A stretch of 64,000 nt of DNA. Source: an uncultured Corynebacterium sp. (GTDB lineage Bacteria > Actinomycetota > Actinomycetes > Mycobacteriales > Mycobacteriaceae). Made by a program: the position numbers and the translations under genes. Location of the stretch: assembly GCA_946220775.1 (NCBI GenBank), contig CAMIFC010000001.1, positions 30,260-94,259 on the forward strand. The letters run 5' to 3'. The notes beneath the pieces were generated by a model. The model was given only the letters and a program-made list of their open reading frames with translations. It was not told where the DNA came from and did no database searches. Positions 23,584 to 37,599 of the stretch are shown here, piece by piece. Position 1 is the stretch's first letter; each line of letters begins with the position of its first letter.

Positions 23584-24204
23584 GTGGAGAATAACGACGT
23601 GAACGCAGATTTAGCCGTAACCAATGTCAGCTACCGGGTGGTGGCTAATGTCAGCTTCACGCTGTCACCCGGTGAAGTTGTTGGTTTGCAGGGACACTCG
23701 GGCACCGGGAAAACCACCTTGGCCCGAATCGTGGCTGGGCATGTGATTCCGACGACCGGCGAAGTGGCGTCCGGAAATAAAAAAATCCCAGGACGTGGGT
23801 ACTGTCCGGTTCAATTGATTCAACAACACCCGGAAAAGGCAATTGACCCGCGCTGGCGCTTGCGGCGGGTGGTCGACGGAATTGATCAGGAGGTGCTGGA
23901 TCGGCTCGGTATTCGACCGGAATGGCTCTCGCGCCGGGCGTTGGAGGTTTCAGGTGGGCAGTTGCAGCGCATTAATATCGCGCGTGCGTTTGATCGTCGG
24001 ACACGATTCATCATTGCTGATGAGATCACTGCGGCGCTCGATGGCATCAGCGCAGCTCAACTGTGGCGGGAGATCATCGCGATGGCGCGGGAACGCAACC
24101 TGGGGTTGCTGGTGATTTCGCACCAGGAGGCATTGCTGGAACGGCTGAGTAATCGTCGGTTGTATTTGCACCATGGCGTCCTGACCGAAGAACCGTATGA
24201 GTAA
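23584..24204 (+). CDS. ABC transporter ATP-binding protein (DppF/NikE-like, compact nucleotide-binding domain)
   Basis: Walker A GHSGTGKT, signature SGGQLQR, Walker B FIIADE, H-loop ISH. Confidence 0.85.
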   Translation: MENNDVNADLAVTNVSYRVVANVSFTLSPGEVVGLQGHSGTGKTTLARIVAGHVIPTTGEVASGNKKIPGRGYCPVQLIQQHPEKAIDPRWRLRRVVDGIDQEVLDRLGIRPEWLSRRALEVSGGQLQRINIARAFDRRTRFIIADEITAALDGISAAQLWREIIAMARERNLGLLVISHQEALLERLSNRRLYLHHGVLTEEPYE

Positions 24205-24232
24205 CAGGGGACAGGTGCGGTAGCCTGAGCCA

Positions 24233-24958
24233 ATGCGTTTGATTATCGCGACCTGTGCTGTCGATTATGTTGGCCGGCTGGAGGCTCACTTGCCCCGCGC
24301 GGATCGATTGATCATGGTTAAGGCAGATGGTGCTGTGTCCATCCATGCTGACGACCGCGCCTATAAGCCGTTGAATTGGATGACGCCACCGTGCTCCACG
24401 ACTGAATACACCCAGGGTTCGGAACTGTCGGAGGAAGGCCGTTTGGCAGTACCGGAATTGGATAACGACGACGTTGAGGCGCTCTGGGTCGTGGAGAACC
24501 CGAAGGGCGAACAGCTCCGGATTCAGCTGTTCGAGATCCATTCGGATAATACTTTCGACCTGGGGGAGGACCCGGGCTTGCAAAAAGACGGTGTGGAGTC
24601 CCATCTTCAAGAACTGTTGGCCGAGCAGATTGAGGTGCTCGGCGAGGGATACACCTTGGTGCGCCGGGAGTATCCAACCGCGATCGGCCCGGTCGATATT
24701 TTGTCGAAGGACTCCACGGGCGCCACAGTTGCCGTGGAGATTAAGCGTCGTGGTGGGATTGACGGGGTGGAGCAGCTCACCCGTTACGTGGAGCTGCTGA
24801 ATCGTGACGAATTGTTGGCGCCGGTGACAGGAGTCTTCGCAGCTCAGGAGATCAAACCGCAGGCGCGAACGCTTGCGGAGGATCGCGGGATTCGGTGTGT
24901 GACGCTGGACTACGCAGCGATGCGTGGCACGGATGATTCGGAGTTCCGCTTGTTCTAA
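24233..24958 (+). CDS. nucS: endonuclease NucS (mismatch-specific EndoMS)
   Basis: NucS/RecB-like nuclease family pattern over the full length; same position as Rv1321 after the atp locus. Confidence 0.85.
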   Translation: MRLIIATCAVDYVGRLEAHLPRADRLIMVKADGAVSIHADDRAYKPLNWMTPPCSTTEYTQGSELSEEGRLAVPELDNDDVEALWVVENPKGEQLRIQLFEIHSDNTFDLGEDPGLQKDGVESHLQELLAEQIEVLGEGYTLVRREYPTAIGPVDILSKDSTGATVAVEIKRRGGIDGVEQLTRYVELLNRDELLAPVTGVFAAQEIKPQARTLAEDRGIRCVTLDYAAMRGTDDSEFRLF

Positions 24959-24964
24959 GCAGCG

Positions 24965-26017
24965 GTGTCCGGTGTGGTCGATAGGATGGGGGATATGACT
25001 GCACCACATGGATCAGAATCTTCGAAACCAGCTCAATCTTCTCCGGCATCCGGGGCGGGCCAGCAACGGTCCGCGCAACCGGCAGCGCCACAGCGATTTG
25101 TGGCAGGCGCTGTTGATTTAGGCCATGTCAAGGCTCAGGCGGATCAGCGCGATCGCCACGCGGAACAGGCGGCCGCCGCGGGGGTCAGCGTCGATTATGT
25201 GGCACGGACTGCCACGATCGAGGCAGATACTTTTGAACCCGACCTAGTGATGCGTTCCACGCAGGTGCCGGTGGTCCTGCTGGTCGGCTCGGAGCGTTCG
25301 GAGGCCAGCGAGGGGCTTCGCGCGTTGCTGTCTCGCCTGGTGGAAATTCCGGACGTGCCCCAGGAACAGCTTGCTTGGGTCTTCCGCTATATCAATGCGG
25401 ATCAATACCCCGAAATGGCGCAAGCGCTGGGGGTTCAGGGCCTCCCCACGGTGATCGCCCTGGCCGGCGGTCGCCCCGCAACGAGCTTCCAGGGCGCACA
25501 GCCGGAAGAGCAGGTGGAGCAGTGGATCGCCCAGCTCACCCAGGCTTTCGCCGGTCGCTTGCAGGGGCTTCCCTCGGATGGAACTGCCGAGGAAGAAGAC
25601 GTTGACCCGCGCATGGCCCAGGCCGCCGAGGCACTATCGGCCGGCGATCACGATGCTGCGATTTCTATTTATGACGCCATCCTGGCCGACACCCCGAACG
25701 ACTCCGAGGCAAAGTCCGCGCGAGCACAGACAGTCGTGCTGAAAAGGGTGGGCGACCGGACTGACTTATCCGAGCAGATTGCAGCCGCCAAGGCCGATCA
25801 CACGGATGTTGCTGCCGCGGAGGTGGCGGCCGATGCACTGTTGCTTCAGGGAGATAAGGTCGCTGCTTTTGATGCCCTCATCGCGACGATCTCTGCGACA
25901 GTCGGCGATGAACGCATCCGGACGAAGGACCGACTGCTGGAACTATTTGCGATGTATGACCCCGCCGATCCGGAGGTCATCGCCGCGCGCACCAAGATGG
26001 CTAGCGCATTGTTCTAA
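24965..26017 (+). CDS. thioredoxin-domain / TPR co-chaperone (YbbN-like)
   Basis: Central thioredoxin-like fold and a C-terminal TPR-like helical region. Confidence 0.65.
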   Translation: MSGVVDRMGDMTAPHGSESSKPAQSSPASGAGQQRSAQPAAPQRFVAGAVDLGHVKAQADQRDRHAEQAAAAGVSVDYVARTATIEADTFEPDLVMRSTQVPVVLLVGSERSEASEGLRALLSRLVEIPDVPQEQLAWVFRYINADQYPEMAQALGVQGLPTVIALAGGRPATSFQGAQPEEQVEQWIAQLTQAFAGRLQGLPSDGTAEEEDVDPRMAQAAEALSAGDHDAAISIYDAILADTPNDSEAKSARAQTVVLKRVGDRTDLSEQIAAAKADHTDVAAAEVAADALLLQGDKVAAFDALIATISATVGDERIRTKDRLLELFAMYDPADPEVIAARTKMASALF

Positions 26018-26068
26018 GCCCGCAGGTATCCTGCGATTCAGACCCCTGCTCTAGGCAAAATAGAAAGC

Positions 26069-26950
26069 GTGAAAGATCCCGTGCAGCAGCCTCCTGACCC
26101 GATGATTTCTACCCCAGAGACCGCCCCCGTCGCCCCCGAAGACCTCGTGGTGAACATGAAGGACGTGTCTGTCATCCGCGACGGCCACCAAATTCTCCAC
26201 GAGCTCGATTGGCAAGTGGAACTCGATGAACGTTGGATCATCATGGGACCCAATGGGGCGGGTAAGACCACACTATTGAAGCTTGCTGGTGGCCAGATGT
26301 TCCCGTCCACGGGAACCGTCGACGTCGTTGGGGAGCGGCTCGGCAAGACCGACATCCGCGAATTGCGCACTGCCGTCGGTATGGCATCCGCGGCGATTGT
26401 TCACCGCATTCCGGCGGAAGAAAAAGTCGCGGACATCGTGATTTCCGCAGGTTACGATGTGATCGGCCGGTGGCGCGAAACATATGACGAGATGGACTAC
26501 GAACGCGCGATCAACATTCTGGAAACCGTGGGTGCCTATCACATTGGGGATCGGAAATGGGGCACGTTGTCCGAAGGTGAGCGCAAGCGCACCCTCATTG
26601 CCCGAGCCCTCATGACGGATCCGGAGCTGCTGCTCCTCGACGAACCCGGGGCGGGATTGGACTTGGGCGGCCGTGAGGACCTCATTGAGCTGCTCTCGGA
26701 CATCGCAGAAGACCCAGACGCCCCGGCGACGGTAGTAGTCACCCACCACGTGGAGGAAATCCCGCCACACTTCACTCACGCCTTGCTGCTGGATGAAGGG
26801 CACGTGGTTGCTCAAGGGTTGTTGCAGGACATCATGACCAGCGAGAACCTCTCCAAGGCTTATCACCAACCAATTGAAGTGAGAGAAGAAGATGGCCGGT
26901 GGTTCGCCCGTCGGACTCGCCGAGGCGGCTCCCACAGGGCTCGGAATTAG
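26069..26950 (+). CDS. standalone ABC-type ATP-binding protein
   Basis: Walker A GPNGAGKTT, signature LSEGERKR, Walker B LLLLDEPGAGLD; no adjacent permease. Confidence 0.75.
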   Translation: MKDPVQQPPDPMISTPETAPVAPEDLVVNMKDVSVIRDGHQILHELDWQVELDERWIIMGPNGAGKTTLLKLAGGQMFPSTGTVDVVGERLGKTDIRELRTAVGMASAAIVHRIPAEEKVADIVISAGYDVIGRWRETYDEMDYERAINILETVGAYHIGDRKWGTLSEGERKRTLIARALMTDPELLLLDEPGAGLDLGGREDLIELLSDIAEDPDAPATVVVTHHVEEIPPHFTHALLLDEGHVVAQGLLQDIMTSENLSKAYHQPIEVREEDGRWFARRTRRGGSHRARN

Positions 26951-27007
26951 TTAGAGTATCTTCTATAGCGCTTTTATATATCTAAAGGTAAGTGAGGTGG
27001 ATCTCGG

Positions 27008-27931
27008 GTGGAGCCTGGAAAATATAGCAACCAGCTTGGACCGGTTGAACCTCGGCACGCGTCCACAGTGATTTTGCTGCGTGACACGCTGTCTGGGCCT
27101 GAAGTCTATGTGCAGGAACGCGCATCGACGATGGCCTTTTGTGCAGATATGACCGTCTTTCCCGGTGGTGGCGTGGATGCCCGCGATATGCCCGGCGATG
27201 CCGATGGGGATGGTATCGATTCCCCCGATATTCGTTGGTCCGGACCTGATGTGCGTTGGTGGGCGGAGCGACTGCAGAAGGATCCGGCTATTGCCCGGGC
27301 CTTGGTCTGTGCCGCAGTGCGGGAGACCTTCGAGGAATCCGGCACGCTATTGGCGTCCTTCGAAAACGGAGACATCGTCGGTGACACGTCGCCGTACCAG
27401 GAAGAGCGGATCCAGCTGGAAAACCACCTCCTGCCGTTCACGGATTTCATGGATCGGCACAAGCTGATTTTGCGCGCCGATCTGCTGCGTCCGTGGGCCA
27501 ATTGGGTGACCCCGGAGGGGCAGCCCATCCGCTATGACACGGCGTTTTTCGTCGCGCGCCTTCCGGAAGGGCAGGACACGACTGGGGATACGCGCGAGGC
27601 CACCTCAACCGGCTGGTTCCGGCCTTCCACGCTGCTGGATGGTTGGCGTTATCGGAAAATCAGCCTGATGCCACCGACGTGGGCGCAGTTGAAGCTGCTG
27701 GATACGTTCCGTTCTGTCGATGAAGTGATGGAGTTTTCCGCCAGCCTGTCGGTCGACCCGGTCGTTCAGGAGCCGGTCGACGAGCCCTACATGGCGGAGT
27801 ATTACCTCATGGAGTCCAAGATGTACGGCAGTCCGAAGCGCGCGTTCGCGCCGGGAATGAAGTTCGCGGTTGACCCGGCTGACCTGCCGGAACACCCGTT
27901 CGAGCACCGCCCGGGATCCTTCCTGCAGTAG
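27008..27931 (+). CDS. NUDIX-family hydrolase
   Basis: Nudix box remnant AAVRETFEESG; GTG start preceded by GAGGTGG. Confidence 0.7.
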   Translation: MEPGKYSNQLGPVEPRHASTVILLRDTLSGPEVYVQERASTMAFCADMTVFPGGGVDARDMPGDADGDGIDSPDIRWSGPDVRWWAERLQKDPAIARALVCAAVRETFEESGTLLASFENGDIVGDTSPYQEERIQLENHLLPFTDFMDRHKLILRADLLRPWANWVTPEGQPIRYDTAFFVARLPEGQDTTGDTREATSTGWFRPSTLLDGWRYRKISLMPPTWAQLKLLDTFRSVDEVMEFSASLSVDPVVQEPVDEPYMAEYYLMESKMYGSPKRAFAPGMKFAVDPADLPEHPFEHRPGSFLQ

Positions 27932-27968
27932 TTTCCCGGCCATTCACGCCGCCGGTAAGGTTGGCGGC

Positions 27969-29288
27969 GTGTCTTTCTCCCTTGATGAACTCCGTTGGTT
28001 GTCCTCTTCGTCGGACGCCAACCGGGCCATAGCCGAGGCCACCGCACTGCCATTGACGAAGAAAAGCGTGGTGGCAGATGTTGCCACGCTGCGCAAAGAA
28101 TACGGCGACTACGCGCGAGCACTCGCCGAACTGGTAGAAGCCCGGCGCATCGCTGCCGCCAAGATGGATCCGGAGCACGCCACCTCGTGGTGGACGGACA
28201 AGGATGCCGCCCAACAATCCACCCCAATGGCGGTGGCAGAATTCCGCGCACAATACCTGAAGAATCTCGGGGTAGAACGCGTTCGAGATGTGACGTGTTC
28301 TGTGGGCACGGAATTGGTTGCGCTCCGCGGTGTCGGGCTGAGCGTGAGCGGTGGGGATCTGGACCCCGTGCGGGTCGAGATGGCACGCCTCAACGTGGGT
28401 GAAGGTGTCGACATTGCCGTAGCCGATGCCCTGAAGCCCGAGGTTGAAAGTACTCGATCGGGGGCCGGAGATAGTCAGCGAGCCGACGTTATTGTGGCGG
28501 ATCCGGCACGGCGGAACTCCTCGGGGCGAATCCATCGTCTTGCAGATATGCAGCCGTCGGTGCCAGATCTGATTGGGGCGTATCCAGGTCGGGAATTAAT
28601 GATCAAGTGTGCCCCCGGCGTGGACTTCGCGGATCTTGCGGGGTGGGCTGGTCAGGTGGATGTCATCAGCGTCAACGGGGATGTCAAAGAGGCCTGCGCC
28701 GTCACACGGGGGCTCGTTGAACCAGGCCGTGGTGGTGAGGATGGTGAACTCATTCGCCGGGCGGTGGTGATCACGGAAAGTGAGGCGGGGGTAGTGGTGG
28801 ACCGGGTGGCGTCCTATGAAGAGGGGCTGACGGACGACCAGGTCGCTGAAAAAGCAGGGGAGCACGGGCGCTACATCATGGAGCCTGACGGGGCGATTAT
28901 TCGAGCCGGCGTGGTTCGGCAGTTTGCAGCGCGGGAGGGGCTGTGGCTGCTGGACCCGCATCTGGCGTACGTGACTGGGGATCGCATTCCGCTGGGACTG
29001 CGTGGTTTTGAGGTTAAGGACGTGGTTCCGGTGAAGCGCCTGAAAGCTGAACTGGCAGCTCGCGGTGTGGGGAAGGTAGAGATTCTGGTACGTGGCGCGG
29101 ATATCGATCCGGATCAGCTGCGGAAGAAAATGAAGCTCAAGGGTGCAGCGATCGCAACCGTTGTGATTGCGCAATTGGGGGAGCGAGGCTCCAAAACTAA
29201 TGCGGTGGTGGCGTATATCTGCCAAGCCACGGCACGCTCGCTAAGAGCAAACGATGGAACTGCGCAAACCCCCGACATCGGCAAGTGA
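27969..29288 (+). CDS. class I SAM-dependent methyltransferase with C-terminal THUMP-like region (Rv3030-like position)
   Basis: Methyltransferase fold motifs (DVTCSVGTE, VIVADPARR); start tentatively at the GTG at 27969, giving 439 aa rather than the 472 aa of the ORF-track translation. Confidence 0.6.
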   Translation: MSFSLDELRWLSSSSDANRAIAEATALPLTKKSVVADVATLRKEYGDYARALAELVEARRIAAAKMDPEHATSWWTDKDAAQQSTPMAVAEFRAQYLKNLGVERVRDVTCSVGTELVALRGVGLSVSGGDLDPVRVEMARLNVGEGVDIAVADALKPEVESTRSGAGDSQRADVIVADPARRNSSGRIHRLADMQPSVPDLIGAYPGRELMIKCAPGVDFADLAGWAGQVDVISVNGDVKEACAVTRGLVEPGRGGEDGELIRRAVVITESEAGVVVDRVASYEEGLTDDQVAEKAGEHGRYIMEPDGAIIRAGVVRQFAAREGLWLLDPHLAYVTGDRIPLGLRGFEVKDVVPVKRLKAELAARGVGKVEILVRGADIDPDQLRKKMKLKGAAIATVVIAQLGERGSKTNAVVAYICQATARSLRANDGTAQTPDIGK

Positions 29289-29433
29289 ACTCCGGTAGAA
29301 CTTAGGGAAGAGACCTTGGACCGTCATGGTTCGGGGGTACTTCTAAAAAAAATACCGACATTTTGTGGTTAACGTCACGATTGAACGGTTAAGCTGACAG
29401 AGAAAACATCACCCAAGCACGAAAGGCCAACGT

Positions 29434-30222
29434 ATGTCGAACATCGTTGTTCTGGTCAAGCAGGTGCCGGACACCTACTCGGAGCGCAAGCTCAACGAGG
29501 ACGATTTCCGCCTGGACCGCGATAGCGCAGATGCTGTGCTCGATGAAATTAACGAAAACGCGGTTGAGGCTGCACTACAGCTGAAGGAAGCGGACGATTC
29601 TCGCAACGTGATCGTCCTTTCCGTTGGACCAACCCGCGCGACCGAGGCACTGCGCAAGGCACTGTCCCTGGGCTGCGACGAGGCCATCCTGGTGACGGAT
29701 GAGGCCCTGGAAGGCTCCGACGTTCTGGGGACCGCCTGGACTCTCAGCAACGCGCTGAACCAGATCGAGGATATCGAGCTGATCATTGCTGGTAACGCCT
29801 CCACCGACGGTGTCGCTGGCGCGATCCCAGGTCTGCTGGCCGAATACCGCCAGATCCCAGCCCTGACTCACATGGAAACCCTGGCCGTTGAAGGCGGCAA
29901 GGTGACCGGTAACCGCGTGACCGAAGAGGGTGTCTTTGGCCTCGAGGCTCCAACCCCGGCGATTGTTTCTGTCACGGAGAAGGCCAACACCCCACGCTTT
30001 GCCGTGTTCAAGGGCATCATGGCGGCGAAGAAGAAGGAAATCAAGGAACTCAGCCTGTCGGACATCGGAGTGGACCCGGCCAACGTCGGTGGCGGCAACG
30101 CAACCACCTCTGTTTCTGGCGTGACCCCGAAGCCGCCTAAGGCTGCCGGTGAGATCATCACGGACGAGGGCGACGGCGGCAAGAAGCTCGTCGAGTTCCT
30201 CGCCAACGAAAAGCTCATCTAG
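29434..30222 (+). CDS. etfB: electron transfer flavoprotein subunit beta
   Basis: MSNIVVLVKQVPDTY N-terminus typical of EtfB/FixA. Confidence 0.9.
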   Translation: MSNIVVLVKQVPDTYSERKLNEDDFRLDRDSADAVLDEINENAVEAALQLKEADDSRNVIVLSVGPTRATEALRKALSLGCDEAILVTDEALEGSDVLGTAWTLSNALNQIEDIELIIAGNASTDGVAGAIPGLLAEYRQIPALTHMETLAVEGGKVTGNRVTEEGVFGLEAPTPAIVSVTEKANTPRFAVFKGIMAAKKKEIKELSLSDIGVDPANVGGGNATTSVSGVTPKPPKAAGEIITDEGDGGKKLVEFLANEKLI

Positions 30223-30301
30223 TTCACCCCTTTTACTAGACAACTTCTAGAAGGCCTCGCGTGTGCGCACGCGAGCAACAACCCAGAAAGAGGTAAAACT
30301 C

Positions 30302-31252
30302 ATGACCAACGTATTGGTACTGGTCGAGCACGTCGAGGGTGAACTGCAGAACTCCACCCGCGAGCTCATCACTGCTGGTCGAGTATTTGGCCAGGTCGGC
30401 GCGGTCGTCGTCGGTGCCCCAGGCACCGCCGAGGGACTGAAGGACAAGCTGGCCGCAGCTGGCGCAGAGACTGTCTACGCAGCAGAGTCCGAAGACGCTC
30501 CAAAGCTGCTGATCACCCCATCTGTCGATGCCCTGTCTGGCCTGGCAGCACACCTGCAGGTTCCAGTTCTGGTCACCGCATCCGCTTCCGGCAACGAGAT
30601 CGCCGGTCGTGTCTCCGCCCGTGTGGCCTCCGGCGCCGTCTACGACGTCGTGTCCGTTGACGCCGACCGCAAGGCAACGAAGTCCATCTTCGGTGGCGAG
30701 TTCATCGTGGACACCACCGCTGCGGGCGCATCCCCAGTGTTCTCCCTGCGCGCTGGCGCTGTGGAACCAGAGGACCAGGCTGCTGCCGGTAACCTCCAGC
30801 AGGTCGAGCTGCCAGGCGCTGGCCCAACCGCTGTGACGATCACCAGCTTCTCCGCTGCTGAGGCCGGCGACCGTCCAGAGCTGGCAGAGGCAAAGATCGT
30901 GGTCTCCGGTGGCCGCGGTGTTGGCGGTGCCGAAGGCTTCAACGATGTTGTTGAGCCACTGGCAGACGCACTGGGTGGCGCAGTTGGTGCCTCCCGTGCA
31001 GCAGTTGATGCCGACTACTACCCAGGCAAGTTCCAGGTTGGTCAGACCGGCGTGACCGTGTCCCCGAACCTGTACATCGCCCTCGGTATTTCCGGCGCTA
31101 TCCAGCACAAGGCTGGTATGCAGACCTCGAAGACCATCGTGGCTGTCAACAAGGACGAGGAAGCATCCATCTTCGAAATCGCAGATTTCGGTGTGGTGGG
31201 CGACCTGTTCAACGTGGCACCGCAGGCAACCGAAGAGATCAAGAACCGCTAG
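30302..31252 (+). CDS. etfA: electron transfer flavoprotein subunit alpha
   Basis: EtfA/FixB FAD-binding C-terminal domain; ATG at 30302 preceded by AAAGAGGT. Confidence 0.9.
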   Translation: MTNVLVLVEHVEGELQNSTRELITAGRVFGQVGAVVVGAPGTAEGLKDKLAAAGAETVYAAESEDAPKLLITPSVDALSGLAAHLQVPVLVTASASGNEIAGRVSARVASGAVYDVVSVDADRKATKSIFGGEFIVDTTAAGASPVFSLRAGAVEPEDQAAAGNLQQVELPGAGPTAVTITSFSAAEAGDRPELAEAKIVVSGGRGVGGAEGFNDVVEPLADALGGAVGASRAAVDADYYPGKFQVGQTGVTVSPNLYIALGISGAIQHKAGMQTSKTIVAVNKDEEASIFEIADFGVVGDLFNVAPQATEEIKNR

Positions 31253-31297
31253 TCGTTAACGGCGACTAAGGTTCGGCGACTACTCGTCGCCACAGCT

Positions 31298-31333
31298 AAA
31301 GGGCACCACCGATCACGGTGGTGCCCTTTTGTC
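31298..31333 (+). terminator. rho-independent terminator after etfA
   Basis: Perfect 14-bp stem AAAGGGCACCACCG / CGGTGGTGCCCTTT with an ATCA loop, followed by TTTTGT; a second hairpin GGCGAC-tactc-GTCGCC at 31274-31290. Confidence 0.6.
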
Positions 31334-31367
31334 GATCAGGTACTGCCACAGTGGCACACTGGAAGAC

Positions 31368-32597
31368 ATGAACTCGACGGGAACTTCCAGCACTGGCCGC
31401 ATCTATGTGGATCACGCCGCGTCCAGCCCGCTGCGCCCAGAAGCAGCAACTGCGATGCGAGAGGCAGAACAAAAGCTGAACCCCGCGGGACAATACGCGA
31501 CCGGCCGAGATGCCCGGCGCATGTTGGAAGATGCCCGCGAGCAGATTGCCGATTTGCTCGGGGCCGACCCCGTAGAAGTAGTTTTCACCGCCGGCGGCAC
31601 GGAGGCGGACAACATCGCGATCCAAGGCCTCGCATTCGGGGCGAGGTCCGCTGATCGGGAACGCACCCGCATCGTCGCACCCAGTATCGAGCACCCGGCC
31701 GTCAATGAAGCCATCGATTGGCTCTGCACGGCAGACCTGGGGATTCTCTCGGAGCCAAACAGCGGGTTCGGCTTCGAACGAGTCGGGCTCCCCGTGGACG
31801 GGTTTGGTCGGGTCGACCTCGCTGATCCCGCCACCGCCCAGGTCGTGGATTCTCTCGACAACTCAACCACCGCACTGCTGAGTTGCATGTGGGCCAACAA
31901 CGAGACCGGCAACATCCAGCCCGTCGCCGACCTCGCTGCTGCTGCCACCACGGCGGGCGTACCGATGCACGTCGACGCGGTGCAAGCGATCGGCCGAGTG
32001 CCCATCAACTTCCACGATCTCAGCGCAACCACGCTGGCCGCCTCGGCACATAAATTCGGCGGCCCACGATCCACCGGCTTGCTGCTTGTTCGTCGGGACG
32101 CCACTCTGAAATCCCCACTCCGTGGTGGAAACCAAGAACGCGGACTGCGGTCCGGCACAGTCAATGTTCAAGGTGCGGTTGGGACTGCGGCGGCTCTGGC
32201 GTCCGAAATAGAGAATATGGAAAACTACAACGCGGCGATGCGGGCGGTGCGCGATCGCGTGTGGGCGGTCATCGAAACGATCGATGACGTGCGCGTATGG
32301 ACGAACGAACCGGCACTACCAGGGCATCTGCACGCCAGTTTTCCGGGGGCTGAAGGCGATAGCCTCATCATGCTGCTGGATGCGAAGGGCGTGGATGCAT
32401 CGACCGGCTCGGCGTGTGCAGCGGGCGTGAATCGAGCCAGCCACGTGCTGGCCGCCATGGGGGTCGACGTGCAGGTCGCGCGCGGGGCACTCCGGCTGAC
32501 TTTCGGCGCGGACACAAACCCGGCGGATGCACAGAAGATCGCCGACATGCTGCCGGATGTGGTGGCGCAAGCACGCGCGGCGGGGATGGCCTTCTAA
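31368..32597 (+). CDS. iscS: cysteine desulfurase (NifS/IscS family, PLP-dependent)
   Basis: Class V aminotransferase pattern (HVDAVQAIG, SAHKFGGP with the PLP Lys); immediately upstream of mnmA, as in mycobacteria. Confidence 0.85.
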   Translation: MNSTGTSSTGRIYVDHAASSPLRPEAATAMREAEQKLNPAGQYATGRDARRMLEDAREQIADLLGADPVEVVFTAGGTEADNIAIQGLAFGARSADRERTRIVAPSIEHPAVNEAIDWLCTADLGILSEPNSGFGFERVGLPVDGFGRVDLADPATAQVVDSLDNSTTALLSCMWANNETGNIQPVADLAAAATTAGVPMHVDAVQAIGRVPINFHDLSATTLAASAHKFGGPRSTGLLLVRRDATLKSPLRGGNQERGLRSGTVNVQGAVGTAAALASEIENMENYNAAMRAVRDRVWAVIETIDDVRVWTNEPALPGHLHASFPGAEGDSLIMLLDAKGVDASTGSACAAGVNRASHVLAAMGVDVQVARGALRLTFGADTNPADAQKIADMLPDVVAQARAAGMAF

Positions 32598-32707
32598 CTG
32601 ATCGTGGACTTAACTTAAACCCGCAGGTGGGTGTAGGGTGCAGAGGGTAAAACACCTCGCTGCCACCAGCGGCAGCACAGGGCACGAAGCAACAGAAGGG
32701 GAGCGCC

Positions 32708-33904
32708 ATGCGAGTTGTCGCAGCCATGTCCGGTGGAGTGGACTCCGCCGTCGCCGCCGCCCGAGCGTTAGAAGCCGGCCACGAAGTCATCGGGGTGCAC
32801 TTGGCACTATCGCAATCGCCGGAAGCCGTCCGCGCCGGATCCCGGGGGTGCTGCAGCCTCGAGGATTCCGCCGATGCGCGCCGCGTGGCGGACAAGCTCG
32901 GTATCCCGTTCTACGTGTGGGACTTTTCGGATCGCTTTAAAGAAGATGTCATCGACAACTTCGTGGATTCCTACGCCATCGGAGAAACGCCGAACCCGTG
33001 CTTGCGCTGCAACGAGAAGATCAAGTTCGAGGCCTTGTTGGATCGCTCGATCGCGCTGGGCTTCGATGCCGTGGTCACCGGCCACTATGCCCGGTTGAAG
33101 GACGGTGTGATGCGCCGTGGCGTCGATAGTGACAAGGACCAGTCGTATGTGCTGGGAGTACTGACGGATGAACAGCTCGCGCACTGCATGTTCCCGGTGG
33201 GAGACACGGTCAAGCCGGAGATCCGGGAAGAGGCGGCGGACAATGGTTTCGGGGTGGCGTCCAAGCCGGATAGCCACGATATTTGCTTCATTCCGGATGG
33301 CCGCACGCAGGCGTTTTTGGGTAACAAGATCGGCCTGCGCCCAGGCATGGTCACGGACAGCACCGGGGAGCAAGTTGCCGAGCACGATGGCGTGTATGGC
33401 TTCACCATTGGTCAGCGCAAGGGCCTGGGCGTGCCACGTGAGGCGCTGGATGGTCGCCCCCGGTACGTCACCGATATCAACGCCCACACCGGCACCGTGA
33501 CGATCGGCACCCGCGAAGATCTGCGCGTCGGCGGGATCATCGCTGACCGTTTGAAGCGGTTGGATCCTGCCGTGCATGGCCGCGAATTCCGTTGTGACGT
33601 GCAGGTTCGTGCTCACGGCGGCGTCGTTCCTGCCATCGGTCGGTTGGTCGACGATCCAGATTCAAGGACGCCAGCCGGTCGCATCAAGGACTCTGACGAG
33701 CGACCATGGCGCCTGGAGCTGGAATTGCTTGAACCGCTCGAGGGCGTGGCTCGTGGCCAAGCTGCCGTGGTGTACCAGCCAGACGACGAGGGGGACATCC
33801 TCCTGGGGTCCGGCACGATTCGAGCAACGGTGCCCGTGGGCGCGCCACTGGTGGAGACGGTCGTAGGGGACACGACTGCAGAAGCCACTGCGTCCAACGC
33901 ATAG
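32708..33904 (+). CDS. mnmA: tRNA-specific 2-thiouridylase
   Basis: PP-loop SGGVDSAV and the catalytic Cys region (NPCLRCN). Confidence 0.9.
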   Translation: MRVVAAMSGGVDSAVAAARALEAGHEVIGVHLALSQSPEAVRAGSRGCCSLEDSADARRVADKLGIPFYVWDFSDRFKEDVIDNFVDSYAIGETPNPCLRCNEKIKFEALLDRSIALGFDAVVTGHYARLKDGVMRRGVDSDKDQSYVLGVLTDEQLAHCMFPVGDTVKPEIREEAADNGFGVASKPDSHDICFIPDGRTQAFLGNKIGLRPGMVTDSTGEQVAEHDGVYGFTIGQRKGLGVPREALDGRPRYVTDINAHTGTVTIGTREDLRVGGIIADRLKRLDPAVHGREFRCDVQVRAHGGVVPAIGRLVDDPDSRTPAGRIKDSDERPWRLELELLEPLEGVARGQAAVVYQPDDEGDILLGSGTIRATVPVGAPLVETVVGDTTAEATASNA

Positions 33905-37233
<3,329 letters not shown>

Positions 37234-37354
37234 TTAGTTACATCTTTCCTCGCAGAAAGTGATGTGGGTCATAATTGCTGACGGTGGGTAAAATTAACCG
37301 GGTGTAGTGATTAGGTTGGCCAATATAGTTAAGTATTTATAGTTGGCGGCCGGA

Positions 37355-37370
37355 ATGGCGTCCTAAAAAA
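37355..37370 (-). repeat. motif copy, reverse orientation (ATGGCGTCCTAAAAAA)
   Basis: Inverted partner of the 37206 copy, 125 bp away across an AT-rich segment. Confidence 0.55.
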
Positions 37371-37599
37371 GGGGGATGAACAGGGGGAAGGTGGAAGGTC
37401 TCGCATGGGGGAAAGGGGCATAATTATTTAATTAGCGGGGGCAATTTGTCGACATGGGGGCGCTGGGCGACGGGTGATTGGGATGAAAAGTCCTTAGAGT
37501 GTGCCAATCCCGCTAGATCCGACTCGGTTGCTGAAAAAACGGCGATCGAGTGGGTGATGGCGGTCACACATGACATCTCCCACGTCGAAAGGATCCTGC

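Noticed and set aside
37321-37345. DtxR (iron box) site at GATTAGGTTGGCCAATATAG
   Set aside because: Only the left half-site resembles TTAGGTTAGCC. The right half is not the reverse complement, so it is not a credible DtxR palindrome.
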